52,629 nucleotides of DNA from an uncultured Bacillota bacterium (GCA_900318075.1 ONJI01000011.1:1-52629), one strand, 5' to 3'. Shown: positions 40,216 to 48,885, counted from the first letter of the stretch. Numbers and translations are program-made. The notes: generated by a model from the sequence alone, not told the origin.

Positions 40216-41064
40216 CTACTTTCTTGCTCTTGGATGGGCTTTTAGGTATACTTCTCTTAATCTTTCGTTAGAAATGTGGGTATATATCTGGGTTGTTGAA
40301 AGATTTTCGTGTCCAAGTAAATCACCTACACTTTTTAAATCGGCTCCATCGTTTAATAAGTGAGTAGCATATGTGTGTCTTAGGGTATGGGGAGTCACAT
40401 GCACGTCAAGTCTAGCTTTTTTTGAATTATCATCGACGATTTTTCTGACTATTCTTTCGTTTAATTTATTACCGTGCTTATTCGTAAATAAATACTCGTG
40501 CGTTTCTTTTTCAAGATATTTATTAAGCAAATTTTCACATTTTGTTCCATAATATACATATCTTTCTTTATTGCCTTTTCCTAATATTAGGATTTTTCTT
40601 TCTTTAAAATTAATATCTTTTATTTTGATATTTGTAAGCTCGCTTACTCGGCAACCGGATGAATATAACATCTCTAGTATTAAGGCATCTCTTAAACCGT
40701 ATTTGTTATTAATGTCTGGCGCTTCTAACAATCTTTCTAAGTCGTCATAGTTTAGGTAATTTGGTAATGTTTTTTCTACTTTTGGATTGCTTATTAAGCT
40801 CATTGGATTATCATCAATGATGTTTTCGCTTTCTAAATATTTGAAATAACTTTTTAGGCTACTTACTTTTCTAGATATTGTGCGAGAAGTGTATTTGTTT
40901 TCATATAGTTTTTTTAAATAGTTTCTGATTAGGTCAATAGTTATTTTATCTTTTCCTACAAATTCATAAAAGTTAGTTAGGTCAATTTTATAATTTTTGA
41001 CTGTATGTTCTGAAAAATTTTTTTGATATTTTAAATAGTTTAAAAATTTATCTATATTTTTCAT
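40216..41064 (-). CDS. xerC: Tyrosine recombinase XerC/XerD family
   Basis: Core-binding plus catalytic domain: R (SGCRVSEL), HTLRHTYATHLL, GHENLSTTQIYTHI. ATG 41064 lies behind AGGTGG; the ORF track used GTG 41073. Confidence 0.85.
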   Translation of the reverse strand: MKNIDKFLNYLKYQKNFSEHTVKNYKIDLTNFYEFVGKDKITIDLIRNYLKKLYENKYTSRTISRKVSSLKSYFKYLESENIIDDNPMSLISNPKVEKTLPNYLNYDDLERLLEAPDINNKYGLRDALILEMLYSSGCRVSELTNIKIKDINFKERKILILGKGNKERYVYYGTKCENLLNKYLEKETHEYLFTNKHGNKLNERIVRKIVDDNSKKARLDVHVTPHTLRHTYATHLLNDGADLKSVGDLLGHENLSTTQIYTHISNERLREVYLKAHPRARK

Positions 41065-41147
41065 GTGTCCCACCTAATTTAATTATAGCACGTATGGTGT
41101 TCTTAGTAAATTAATGAATTTTAATATAGTTTTAGCTTTTTTGCATT

Positions 41148-41170
41148 TAAAAAGAAGTAAAATACTTCTT
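41148..41170 (-). terminator. Terminator after paralog B
   Basis: Minus strand AAGAAGTA-TTT-TACTTCTT followed by TTTAAAT. Confidence 0.45.
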
Positions 41171-41223
41171 AGTAACTTTTTTTATAATTTTTATATTATT
41201 TTTCTTATTTCGTATGACTGTTA

Positions 41224-41859
41224 TTATATATTAGTTTTTTTGTATTTTTTTGCTTTGTTTTCTTTTTTTAGGTGTTTTTCATATTCATTTATCCCGTAAG
41301 ATATATCTCTAAATACTCTATAATTACTTATTTCACGAGTAATATCTTGATAATACTCCAATATATCATTTTCATTTACTTCAGTATCAATAAAATAGTT
41401 ATATGTAGCAATGAGGAGAACTAGTTTTGAGCTAATATAATTTTTCAGTTGTAGATAGCTCCATAGTTTTTTATGTCTTCTTTGAATATTTATCAATTTA
41501 TACGATAGTTCTATGACATTTTTACTTCTTTTTGGTTCTTCTTTTCCTGAATTAATTGCCTCTTCGCGGTATGTACTTTCTTCAGCTATTTCTATATTAT
41601 CAGCATAGGCAACATCAATATATTTTGTTTCTCTATTTACTCTATATTCGATATATAGGTGTCCAAAATCATATCCTATATTCATAAGTTCTGATAGGAA
41701 TTCGCTTTCACTATTATAGTTTGTTGTCATTCTATCTATAGTAGCTAATGGAAGTTTACTCATTACTTTACCATTATAGGCAATTTCAATAGTTTTTGTA
41801 TTTCCAAACATATCTATGCTGACTAATGAATATCTGTTAGCTCTATTATCTTTATTCAT
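41224..41859 (-). CDS. Hypothetical protein, tandem paralog B (211 aa)
   Basis: Shares blocks with the upstream gene: LATIDRMTTNYNSESEFLSEL / LTQLDALTTSCNSMEELLEL; LYIEYRVN..KYIDVAYADN / CYIEYRNN..KKLDIAFNDN; NYRVFRDISYGINEYE / QYKIFRDITFEIHRYE. Confidence 0.65.
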   Translation of the reverse strand: MNKDNRANRYSLVSIDMFGNTKTIEIAYNGKVMSKLPLATIDRMTTNYNSESEFLSELMNIGYDFGHLYIEYRVNRETKYIDVAYADNIEIAEESTYREEAINSGKEEPKRSKNVIELSYKLINIQRRHKKLWSYLQLKNYISSKLVLLIATYNYFIDTEVNENDILEYYQDITREISNYRVFRDISYGINEYEKHLKKENKAKKYKKTNI

Positions 41860-41917
41860 AATATCATCCTTTTTTATTATCTTTTAAATTAAAGAAAATA
41901 GCGATGAAGCTATTTTT

Positions 41918-42631
41918 CTAAAAATCATCTGGATTGAAAAGTCTTGGCTGCTCTATTTTTCGTGGTAAAATTATTTTTACTTTTGGCTTTTCGGCTCTTG
42001 CGTTTATTTCAGAAATTTGTGATTTTGTTTTTTCTTCGTATCGATGAATTTCGAATGTAATATCTCTGAAAATTTTATACTGACTTAGTTTACCAATTAT
42101 AAGGTCTAGGTAGGCGTCTGCTTCATTTATATTATAGTAGTCACTACTAGTATAAGCATCATACATGCATAGATAATAAGATAAATCGCTATCAATAACG
42201 TTACAACTATTAAGATAATTGTAAAGTGGGTCTTTTTCTCTATGAATTTTGATTAGACTCATAGCTAACTGTTTAACTTGATAGGTTCCCTTAATATTAT
42301 ACTTTCCTTCATAAGATCTAGATACTTCTTTAATAATTTCATTATCGTTAAAAGCTATATCTAACTTTTTAATATTGCCGTTATTTCTATATTCAATATA
42401 ACAATATCCATCTATAAATTCGTCTTTAGAATTTTTCTTTGGAACATTAATTAAACTTATGAGTTCTAGCAATTCTTCCATGCTGTTACAACTTGTTGTT
42501 AAGGCATCTAGCTGCGTTAGAGCAAATTTTTCTCTTAATTTACCATTATCGCATTTAATTCTAAGTGTACTTTCAAGTCCGTCTAAGGCTCTATGTTTTA
42601 ATGAATATATGCCTTTTTTTATGTCTTTCAT
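41918..42631 (-). CDS. Hypothetical protein, tandem paralog A (237 aa)
   Basis: ATG 42631 lies behind AGAGGTG plus 6 nt. It is a paralog of 41224-41859. I recognise no family. Confidence 0.65.
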   Translation of the reverse strand: MKDIKKGIYSLKHRALDGLESTLRIKCDNGKLREKFALTQLDALTTSCNSMEELLELISLINVPKKNSKDEFIDGYCYIEYRNNGNIKKLDIAFNDNEIIKEVSRSYEGKYNIKGTYQVKQLAMSLIKIHREKDPLYNYLNSCNVIDSDLSYYLCMYDAYTSSDYYNINEADAYLDLIIGKLSQYKIFRDITFEIHRYEEKTKSQISEINARAEKPKVKIILPRKIEQPRLFNPDDF

Positions 42632-42654
42632 GAATAACACCTCTTTTGTTTAGT

Positions 42655-42682
42655 ATTATATATTTTTTTATATTTTTGTCAA
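42655..42682 (-). promoter_or_regulatory. Near-consensus sigma-A promoter of paralog A
   Basis: Minus strand TTGACA-N16-TATAAT. It lies directly after the topA terminator hairpin (AGTAGCT...AGCTACT plus T6). Confidence 0.6.
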
Positions 42683-42715
42683 ATTTTTGTTTTAATGATT
42701 TTACTAAAAAAGTAG

Positions 42716-44761
42716 CTACTTTGTAAAGTCGCAGCTACTACATTTAATTTTATCTTTTTTTTCGGTAAGCATGCTTCCGCATTCTGGACATTTTTCACCA
42801 GTTGGTTTATCCCAATATGCAGTTTTACATTTCGGATAATTATTACATCCATAGAAGATTTTGCCTTTTCTTGTTTTCTTTTCGATTATTTTACCGTCAC
42901 AGTTTGGACAGTCACATATTTCTTTTTCTTCTTTAGGCTCTTGTTTTATGTATTTACACTCTGGGAAATTACTGCATGCTGTAAATGAACCGTATTTTCC
43001 TTTTCTAATAACTAGTGGATGACCACAATTAGGGCAGTTTTCGCCAGTTTCTAAAGCTTCTTTTTTAGGCATTTTATCGAATGCGTCTTTAACTGATGGC
43101 TCAAACTGTTTATAAAATTCTTCTAACACTTTATACCATATTTCTTTGCCTTCAGCTATTTTATCTAAATCTGTTTCCATATCGGCTGTATATTTAACAT
43201 TAATTATGTGGCTAAAGAACTCTTGAAGCTTATCTGTTACTTCAAAGCCAATTTCCGTTGGAACAAATTTTCTTTCTACTAAATTTACATATCCTCTTTT
43301 TTTGATGTTATCAATTATAGTCGCATATGTAGATGGTCTACCTATTCCAAGTTCATCCATTTCTTTAATTAGTTTAGCTTCAGTATATCTAGCTGGGGGT
43401 TCAGTAAAGTGTTGCTCTTTAGAGATATCGTTTGAAACAATTATTTTAGAATTATATGCATCAAATGGTGGAAGTATGGCATCTTTAGTATCTTCATAAT
43501 CGCTAAATACTTTTAAGTAACCATCAAAGATGATAATTTGTCCAGTTGCTTTAAACTGATAATCGTTATTATTAAGAATTACGGTTGTTCCTTCTACTTT
43601 AGCTGGGGCCATAATGCTGGCTAAAGCTCTATAGTATATCATTCTATATAATTTATATTCATCATCTGATAAATACTGTTTGATACTTTCTGGAGTTCTT
43701 GTTATACTTGTAGGTCTAATAGCTTCGTGGGCATCTTGAACATTTTCAGTTTTTTTACTTACTTTTACAGGTCCTGTATATTCTTTACCGTATTTTGTTT
43801 CAATAAATTTATAAGCAGATGATATAAATTCATTAGATAATCTAATTGAATCGGTACGCATATATGTAATTAAACCAGCGGTTTCATTTTCTAAATCGAT
43901 ACCTTCATATAATTTTTGCGCAACTTGCATAGTTTTTCTTGATGAAAATCTTAATTTATTTGATGCTGTTTGCTGTAAAGTACTAGTTGTGAATGGTGGT
44001 TTTGATGATCTATTTTTTAATTTTTTATCTACACTTTCTATTTCAAATGCTTTAGATAACTTATTTAATATTTCGTCTGCATCAATTTCTGTTTTTATTT
44101 CTATTTTCTTATGTTTGTATTGAAACAGATCGGCAGTAAAGTCTTTAAAATCGGCAGTTATCGTCCAGTATTCTTCTGGATTAAAGGCATTTATTTCTCT
44201 TTCTTTATCAACTATTAGTTTCAAAGCAACGCTTTGAACTCTACCGGCACTACTACCATCTGTTTTTGATTGAATTAGTTTAGAAAGTCTAAAACCGATA
44301 ATTCTATCTAATATTCTTCTAGTTTCTTGACTGTTTACTAGATCTTTATCGATTTTTCTTTCATCTTTGATGGCCTTTAAAATAGTGTCTTTAGTTATTT
44401 CGTTAAATACTACTCTACTATAGTTTTCATCTTTTAGACCTAAGGCATCATATAGGTGCCAAGCAATAGCTTCTCCTTCTCTATCCAAGTCGGTCGCAAG
44501 ATAAACTTTATCTGCTTTTTTAGCTTCTTTTTTAAGCTCATCGATAACGGATTTTTTACCTTTTATAGTTTTATAGTCAGGTTTAAAATGATCTTCTATA
44601 TCGACACCTAATCCATATTTACCTTTGGTAGACAAATCTCTAATGTGTCCTTTACTTGATGATACTATATAATCACTACCTAAATATTTTCCGATTGATT
44701 TTACTTTTGTTGGTGACTCTACGATAACTAGTTTTTTACCCAAGGTAATCAACTCCTTCAC
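42716..44761 (-). CDS. topA: DNA topoisomerase I
   Basis: 681 aa. TOPRIM (LVIVESPTK), the catalytic Tyr region (ITYMRTDS) and C-terminal CxxC zinc ribbons. Confidence 0.95.
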   Translation of the reverse strand: MKELITLGKKLVIVESPTKVKSIGKYLGSDYIVSSSKGHIRDLSTKGKYGLGVDIEDHFKPDYKTIKGKKSVIDELKKEAKKADKVYLATDLDREGEAIAWHLYDALGLKDENYSRVVFNEITKDTILKAIKDERKIDKDLVNSQETRRILDRIIGFRLSKLIQSKTDGSSAGRVQSVALKLIVDKEREINAFNPEEYWTITADFKDFTADLFQYKHKKIEIKTEIDADEILNKLSKAFEIESVDKKLKNRSSKPPFTTSTLQQTASNKLRFSSRKTMQVAQKLYEGIDLENETAGLITYMRTDSIRLSNEFISSAYKFIETKYGKEYTGPVKVSKKTENVQDAHEAIRPTSITRTPESIKQYLSDDEYKLYRMIYYRALASIMAPAKVEGTTVILNNNDYQFKATGQIIIFDGYLKVFSDYEDTKDAILPPFDAYNSKIIVSNDISKEQHFTEPPARYTEAKLIKEMDELGIGRPSTYATIIDNIKKRGYVNLVERKFVPTEIGFEVTDKLQEFFSHIINVKYTADMETDLDKIAEGKEIWYKVLEEFYKQFEPSVKDAFDKMPKKEALETGENCPNCGHPLVIRKGKYGSFTACSNFPECKYIKQEPKEEKEICDCPNCDGKIIEKKTRKGKIFYGCNNYPKCKTAYWDKPTGEKCPECGSMLTEKKDKIKCSSCDFTK

Positions 44762-44858
44762 AAATTAATTTATACACTAATATTTATTTTATGTCAAATG
44801 TTTTTTTCTTATTATATTTACACATTTATTATATTTATATGTATATGAAATAATACAT

Positions 44859-44887
44859 TAAAAAAGTAAATCTATTTTGATTTACTT
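44859..44887 (-). terminator. Terminator after the 193-aa gene
   Basis: Minus strand AAGTAAATC-AAAATA-GATTTACTT followed by T6. Confidence 0.6.
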
Positions 44888-44889
44888 AA

Positions 44890-45471
44890 TTACTCTTGAT
44901 ATTTTAGTGTTATAGGACCATAACCTACATTACCATATACATTATAGTTAGTTTCGTATAGCGTTTTATTAGCCATATCAATTATAAAACTTTCGCGCTT
45001 TAACACCTTGTATGAATAACAATCTGTCTCGTTGTTATCTATATCACTGCATTTTTTCCACTCATTATTTACATCTTTTACATAAACTCTTTCATATGTT
45101 AAAAGATTCCCATTTATAGAGTATGTTCCTTTTGTAGTTTCTATTTCACTTAGTGTATCATCTGAAGTTATTGTCATTTCCGTATCATTAATAATCTCTA
45201 ATTCAATATTTAAGTCTAATTCAGTTCCAGTTGCTGCCGTTCCTCTTTTTTCATTATATTTATATTTACCTTTTAATAACTTGACATTTCCATCTGTCGC
45301 TGTTTCTTGGGATTTTTCTTCTTCTATAACTTCTTCTTTTTTTGATGGTTCAGTCTTTTGGGTATTATGGTTGTTTCGTATTTTATCTTTGCTTGTATTT
45401 AAATAAAATAATGATCCTCCCATGATTAAAATAATTACAATAAGCACTCCTATAACAATATTTTTTTTCAT
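44890..45471 (-). CDS. Membrane-anchored hypothetical protein (193 aa)
   Basis: N-terminal TM helix (IVIGVLIVIILIMGG), a charged linker and a beta-rich ectodomain. No family recognised. Confidence 0.6.
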   Translation of the reverse strand: MKKNIVIGVLIVIILIMGGSLFYLNTSKDKIRNNHNTQKTEPSKKEEVIEEEKSQETATDGNVKLLKGKYKYNEKRGTAATGTELDLNIELEIINDTEMTITSDDTLSEIETTKGTYSINGNLLTYERVYVKDVNNEWKKCSDIDNNETDCYSYKVLKRESFIIDMANKTLYETNYNVYGNVGYGPITLKYQE

Positions 45472-45607
45472 AAATTATCCTCCTTAAATATTCTTATATT
45501 TCAATTGTAATTATATATATAGTATTTCAAGTATTTTCTTGATTTTTATTTTAACTTTACGTAAAGAGTAAATTGATTAATTTAGGAAAATGTGTTATGA
45601 TGTATAT

Positions 45608-45725
45608 GGATGAAGAAAACTTCATATAATAAAAAAGGGAACATTCAGTTTTACCATGTTGAATGTCTACCCTAATTAAATTAAGTTAGACATTTAATTT
45701 CTTATAAATTAAGTGTCATTTTTTT
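45608..45725 (+). ncRNA. Candidate antisense sRNA (type I antitoxin-like)
   Basis: Plus-strand promoter TTGATT-N17-TATGAT with a TGT extension (45573-45601). The plus-strand terminator is GACATTTAATTT-CTTAT-AAATTAAGTGTC plus AT7 (45689-45725). The transcript would be complementary to the 3' end and 3' UTR of the small minus-strand ORF. Confidence 0.35.
45631..45672 (-). terminator. Terminator of the small-peptide mRNA
   Basis: Minus strand GGGTAGACATTCA-N11-TGAATGTTCCC followed by T6. Confidence 0.55.
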
Positions 45726-45808
45726 ATAACTACTATCATAATGATAAGGAGAAATAAAATGATAACAATGTATCTAAGAACTTTGATTACAAAGTTTCTT
45801 TTCCTCAT
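45716..45808 (-). CDS. Candidate 30-aa hydrophobic peptide (type I toxin-like)
   Basis: GAGGAGG lies 9 nt before the ATG. The peptide is MRKRNFVIKVLRYIVIILFLLIIMIVVIKK: a basic N-terminus, one TM helix and a KK tail. It has its own promoter and terminator. Confidence 0.4.
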   Translation of the reverse strand: MRKRNFVIKVLRYIVIILFLLIIMIVVIKK

Positions 45809-45873
45809 CTTTATCAAACCTCCTCTCTTTTAGAGATTCGGTAGACACTCAACAACTGATATTCCCTATACGA

Positions 45874-45903
45874 ATTATAACATTTTGTTACATAATATAT
45901 CAA
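45874..45903 (-). promoter_or_regulatory. Sigma-A promoter of the small-peptide transcript
   Basis: Minus strand TTGATA-N18-TATAAT with a TGT extended -10. Confidence 0.5.
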
Positions 45904-45930
45904 GAAAATAAAAGCACCTTTTGGTATTTT

Positions 45931-46866
45931 TTAATATTTCCCGCATTTACTACCCCAAGAGTCTATTTGCCGGCCATTTTTAAATATTCTAAGAAGTTCA
46001 CAATTATTAGAACAGTGATTGCATTCAAAGGCTTTAGTTTCAAATTTTATGTTATTTACTTCTAGTGAATAATTATTTCCTGTTTTATTATTTTTAGCAA
46101 GTATGGCTATACCTATTGCCCCCATTAAGTGTCCTTCTTTATCTACTATTATGTCTTCGTCTAATACTTCTTTAAAGTATTTTACTACGCCCTCATTTTT
46201 AGAAACTCCCCCTTGAAAAACAATTGGCGGTTCTATTTTTTTACCTTTACCAACATTATTTAAATAATTTAAAACTATACTTTTACAAAGGCCAGCAATG
46301 ATATCTTCTTTTGGATATCCTACCTGCGCTTTATGAACTAAATCTGATTCGGCAAAAACTGTGCATCTAGCAGCTATTTTAACTGGATTTTTTGATTTTA
46401 AAGCATATTTGCCGAAATCTTCAACATCTATACCTAATCTTTTAGCTTGTGAGGATAAAAAGGCTCCTGTACCTGCTGCACATAGGGTATTCATAGCATA
46501 ATTAGTAATAATACCATTTTTAATTAGTATTATTTTAGAATCTTGGCCGCCTATTTCTAATATTGTTCTAACGTTTGGATGATAAAAAAGAGTGCCTATG
46601 GCATGGGCGGTTATTTCATTTTTAATGATATTAGCATTTAGCATTAGCCCTATTAGTTTTCTAGCACTTCCAGTTGTTCCTACTGCTTTTAATATATAAT
46701 TTTTAGGTAGATTCTTTTTTAATATATTTACAAGTTTTTTAACTGCATTAACTGGATTTCCTTCAGTCCATATGTATGATGATGTGATTATATTATTTCT
46801 TTCATCAATAATAACTCCTTTAGTTGATATTGATCCAATATCAATCCCTAAATAGCATTCTTTCAT
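45931..46866 (-). CDS. BadF/BadG/BcrA/BcrD-type ATPase (CoA-substrate-specific enzyme activase)
   Basis: 311 aa. GIDIGSISTKG, EIGGQDSK, the cluster-bridging Cys context NTLCAAGTGAF and CTVFAES, plus an extra C-terminal Cys cluster CNHCSNNC...C. Confidence 0.8.
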   Translation of the reverse strand: MKECYLGIDIGSISTKGVIIDERNNIITSSYIWTEGNPVNAVKKLVNILKKNLPKNYILKAVGTTGSARKLIGLMLNANIIKNEITAHAIGTLFYHPNVRTILEIGGQDSKIILIKNGIITNYAMNTLCAAGTGAFLSSQAKRLGIDVEDFGKYALKSKNPVKIAARCTVFAESDLVHKAQVGYPKEDIIAGLCKSIVLNYLNNVGKGKKIEPPIVFQGGVSKNEGVVKYFKEVLDEDIIVDKEGHLMGAIGIAILAKNNKTGNNYSLEVNNIKFETKAFECNHCSNNCELLRIFKNGRQIDSWGSKCGKY

Positions 46867-47921
46867 TTATTTTTCCTCATTTCTAACATATCATAAAATG
46901 CCTCTAATCTAGTTTTTATTCCTGTCTCACTAGATTGCATGTCAAAGCTAAAGTATATAACTGGTACGTTATAGGCGTTTGCGACTTTATTTATTATTGG
47001 CATAGCGCCTATTTCTGGTGTGCAGAAAGATGATTTGATATGAATTATACCATCATATCCATTTTCACATAAATATTCAGTGTTGGCTACATTATCACTG
47101 GCATCTGCTCCACACGAATATTTAATATATTTATTATTTTTTAAATATTTTTTCATTCTTCTTTTTTTTCTTAGAAATAAATAGTCGACATTAGTAAATC
47201 TTTTTATTTCGATGTTGTGACTGGCAAGCTCTTTTTCTAAAAAATAATTAGAAAATGGTTCCATTATGGTATATAGTTCACCGATGATTCCTATTTTTAA
47301 TCTATCTTCTTTTTTATATGTTTTAATGTTTTCAAATCTTTTTTTATAATTTCTATATAAAACTTTTAATTCATGATAACTTTTAACTTTACTAAATTTA
47401 ATAAGCATTTCATTTTTTAATTTTTCAAATGATCCTTTATTAACTTCAAAGCCAATATTTTGTCTTATATAATCGTCTATTTTATCCATATATTTAATCA
47501 TTTTTATAGTTATAAACGTATAATATAAAGCTTTTAGTTTATTATATTTAGGATCAATTTGTTTTATCATTTTATTAATCCTTTTGATACTCATTTTTCC
47601 TTCTGTGACAAAATTAATCATGTTGAAGTCATAATCTAGGTCTTTTAATATTTTTTCTTGTAGCTCATAGTAATAGCCATATCTACATCCTCCGCCCATT
47701 TGAATTAGTGTATCTGCGCCTTTTTCTAAGCATTCTATCATTGTGCCTAGTGTATATTTAAATGGTGTGCATACAAATTCCGGAGAATATTTACTTCCTA
47801 GTTCAATAGTTTTAGTAGTTATTTTAGGTGCTTTAACTATTTTGGCGTTTAAAGCATGACTCATAAGATACTCTGCTGGAACATAATAATCTCCCATTTG
47901 CGGAAAAGCAATTTTATACAT
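46863..47921 (-). CDS. Activase-associated / 2-hydroxyacyl-CoA dehydratase-related protein (DUF2229-like)
   Basis: 352 aa. Its stop overlaps the activase start. Conserved Cys contexts are FVCTPFKY, GGGCRYGYY and SFCTPE. Confidence 0.55.
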   Translation of the reverse strand: MYKIAFPQMGDYYVPAEYLMSHALNAKIVKAPKITTKTIELGSKYSPEFVCTPFKYTLGTMIECLEKGADTLIQMGGGCRYGYYYELQEKILKDLDYDFNMINFVTEGKMSIKRINKMIKQIDPKYNKLKALYYTFITIKMIKYMDKIDDYIRQNIGFEVNKGSFEKLKNEMLIKFSKVKSYHELKVLYRNYKKRFENIKTYKKEDRLKIGIIGELYTIMEPFSNYFLEKELASHNIEIKRFTNVDYLFLRKKRRMKKYLKNNKYIKYSCGADASDNVANTEYLCENGYDGIIHIKSSFCTPEIGAMPIINKVANAYNVPVIYFSFDMQSSETGIKTRLEAFYDMLEMRKNK

Positions 47922-48828
47922 GAATATTCCCCCTTAATACGTCTAGGAAGCTTTCTAATCTTGTCTCAATTCCAGTAAATGAAGAATTATTATCAATTAT
48001 AATATTAATATGTGGTTTTTTTATTTTACGCATAACGAGTTCATTGACTAGGCTATCTGGAGCGCAGGGAAATGATGAGATAAAAATAATTCCATCAATT
48101 TTATCCATCGCATATATAATAGATCCTATACTTTCTTTACTATATTTAAAATATAAATTTTTTGATAATTTGCCACTTAACTTATTTGTTTTTTCTGCAT
48201 CAAACTTATCTGAATATATTACTTCTGCTCCCTCGTTTGTTAAGTATTTAATTATATCACTACCAATGATACTATCATATGTGTTATAAGGATGGGAGAC
48301 GATCAATATTTTTGTCTTTTTACTATTTAGTTTGTTTAAATTTATTTGGGTATTTTTCTTTTTTATTAAGTTATATTCATATATGGCTTTTTTATAGGCT
48401 TTTCTTATTTCTAAAGGCTTTTTATTTAACTTTCTACCAATCTTATATAAACCCTTCTTTAAAGACTCACCTTTTTCTAAATCAATATTATAATTTAATA
48501 TATTTATATCAAATAAGTTATTTACAATATCATAAGCGGCCCAAAAATTAGTGCAAGCCTGATTATTTACTTTATAATTACATATTCTAGGAATTAATAT
48601 GTAATCACATTTGTCTTTTAAATAGTCAATATGTCCTAAATAATTTTTTAAAGCTAGGCACATTTCATCATTTGAAACTTTAAGTCCTCTATCCATTATT
48701 TCTTTGTTTGTATTTGGACTTATTATATATGGAATATTTAATTTACTGAAAAATGTTTTCCAAATATCACCGTGGTAGTAATAAAATAAGCTTCTTGGTA
48801 AACCAATCTTGTCCATTTTAATCACCAA
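47914..48828 (-). CDS. Activase-associated / dehydratase-related protein (second subunit-like)
   Basis: 304 aa, overlapping the next gene by 8 nt. Motifs are NDEMCLALK, ACTNFWA and SSFPCAPDS. Confidence 0.5.
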   Translation of the reverse strand: MVIKMDKIGLPRSLFYYYHGDIWKTFFSKLNIPYIISPNTNKEIMDRGLKVSNDEMCLALKNYLGHIDYLKDKCDYILIPRICNYKVNNQACTNFWAAYDIVNNLFDINILNYNIDLEKGESLKKGLYKIGRKLNKKPLEIRKAYKKAIYEYNLIKKKNTQINLNKLNSKKTKILIVSHPYNTYDSIIGSDIIKYLTNEGAEVIYSDKFDAEKTNKLSGKLSKNLYFKYSKESIGSIIYAMDKIDGIIFISSFPCAPDSLVNELVMRKIKKPHINIIIDNNSSFTGIETRLESFLDVLRGNIHV

Positions 48829-48861
48829 TATAAATATATTTTGTATTTTAGTTTTTTATGA

Positions 48862-48885
48862 ATAAAAAAACTGGAAGCCCAGTTT
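48862..48885 (-). terminator. Terminator after the PP2C gene
   Basis: Minus strand AAACTGG-GCTT-CCAGTTT followed by T7. Confidence 0.6.

Noticed and set aside
41114-41299. 61-aa plus-strand ORF between xerC and paralog B (also 20150-20341 and 34361-34702)
   Set aside because: The translations are AT-rich, low-complexity and Phe/Ile/Leu/Tyr-rich. They span intergenic terminators and overlap real genes on the other strand, with no RBS.
45759-45833. Plus-strand 24-aa ORF (MITMYLRTLITKFLFLIFIKPPLF) with AAGGAG RBS, mirror of the minus-strand peptide
   Set aside because: It lies downstream of the strong plus-strand terminator and has no promoter of its own. The minus-strand ORF has a dedicated promoter, RBS and terminator. 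It is retained only as an alternative reading.
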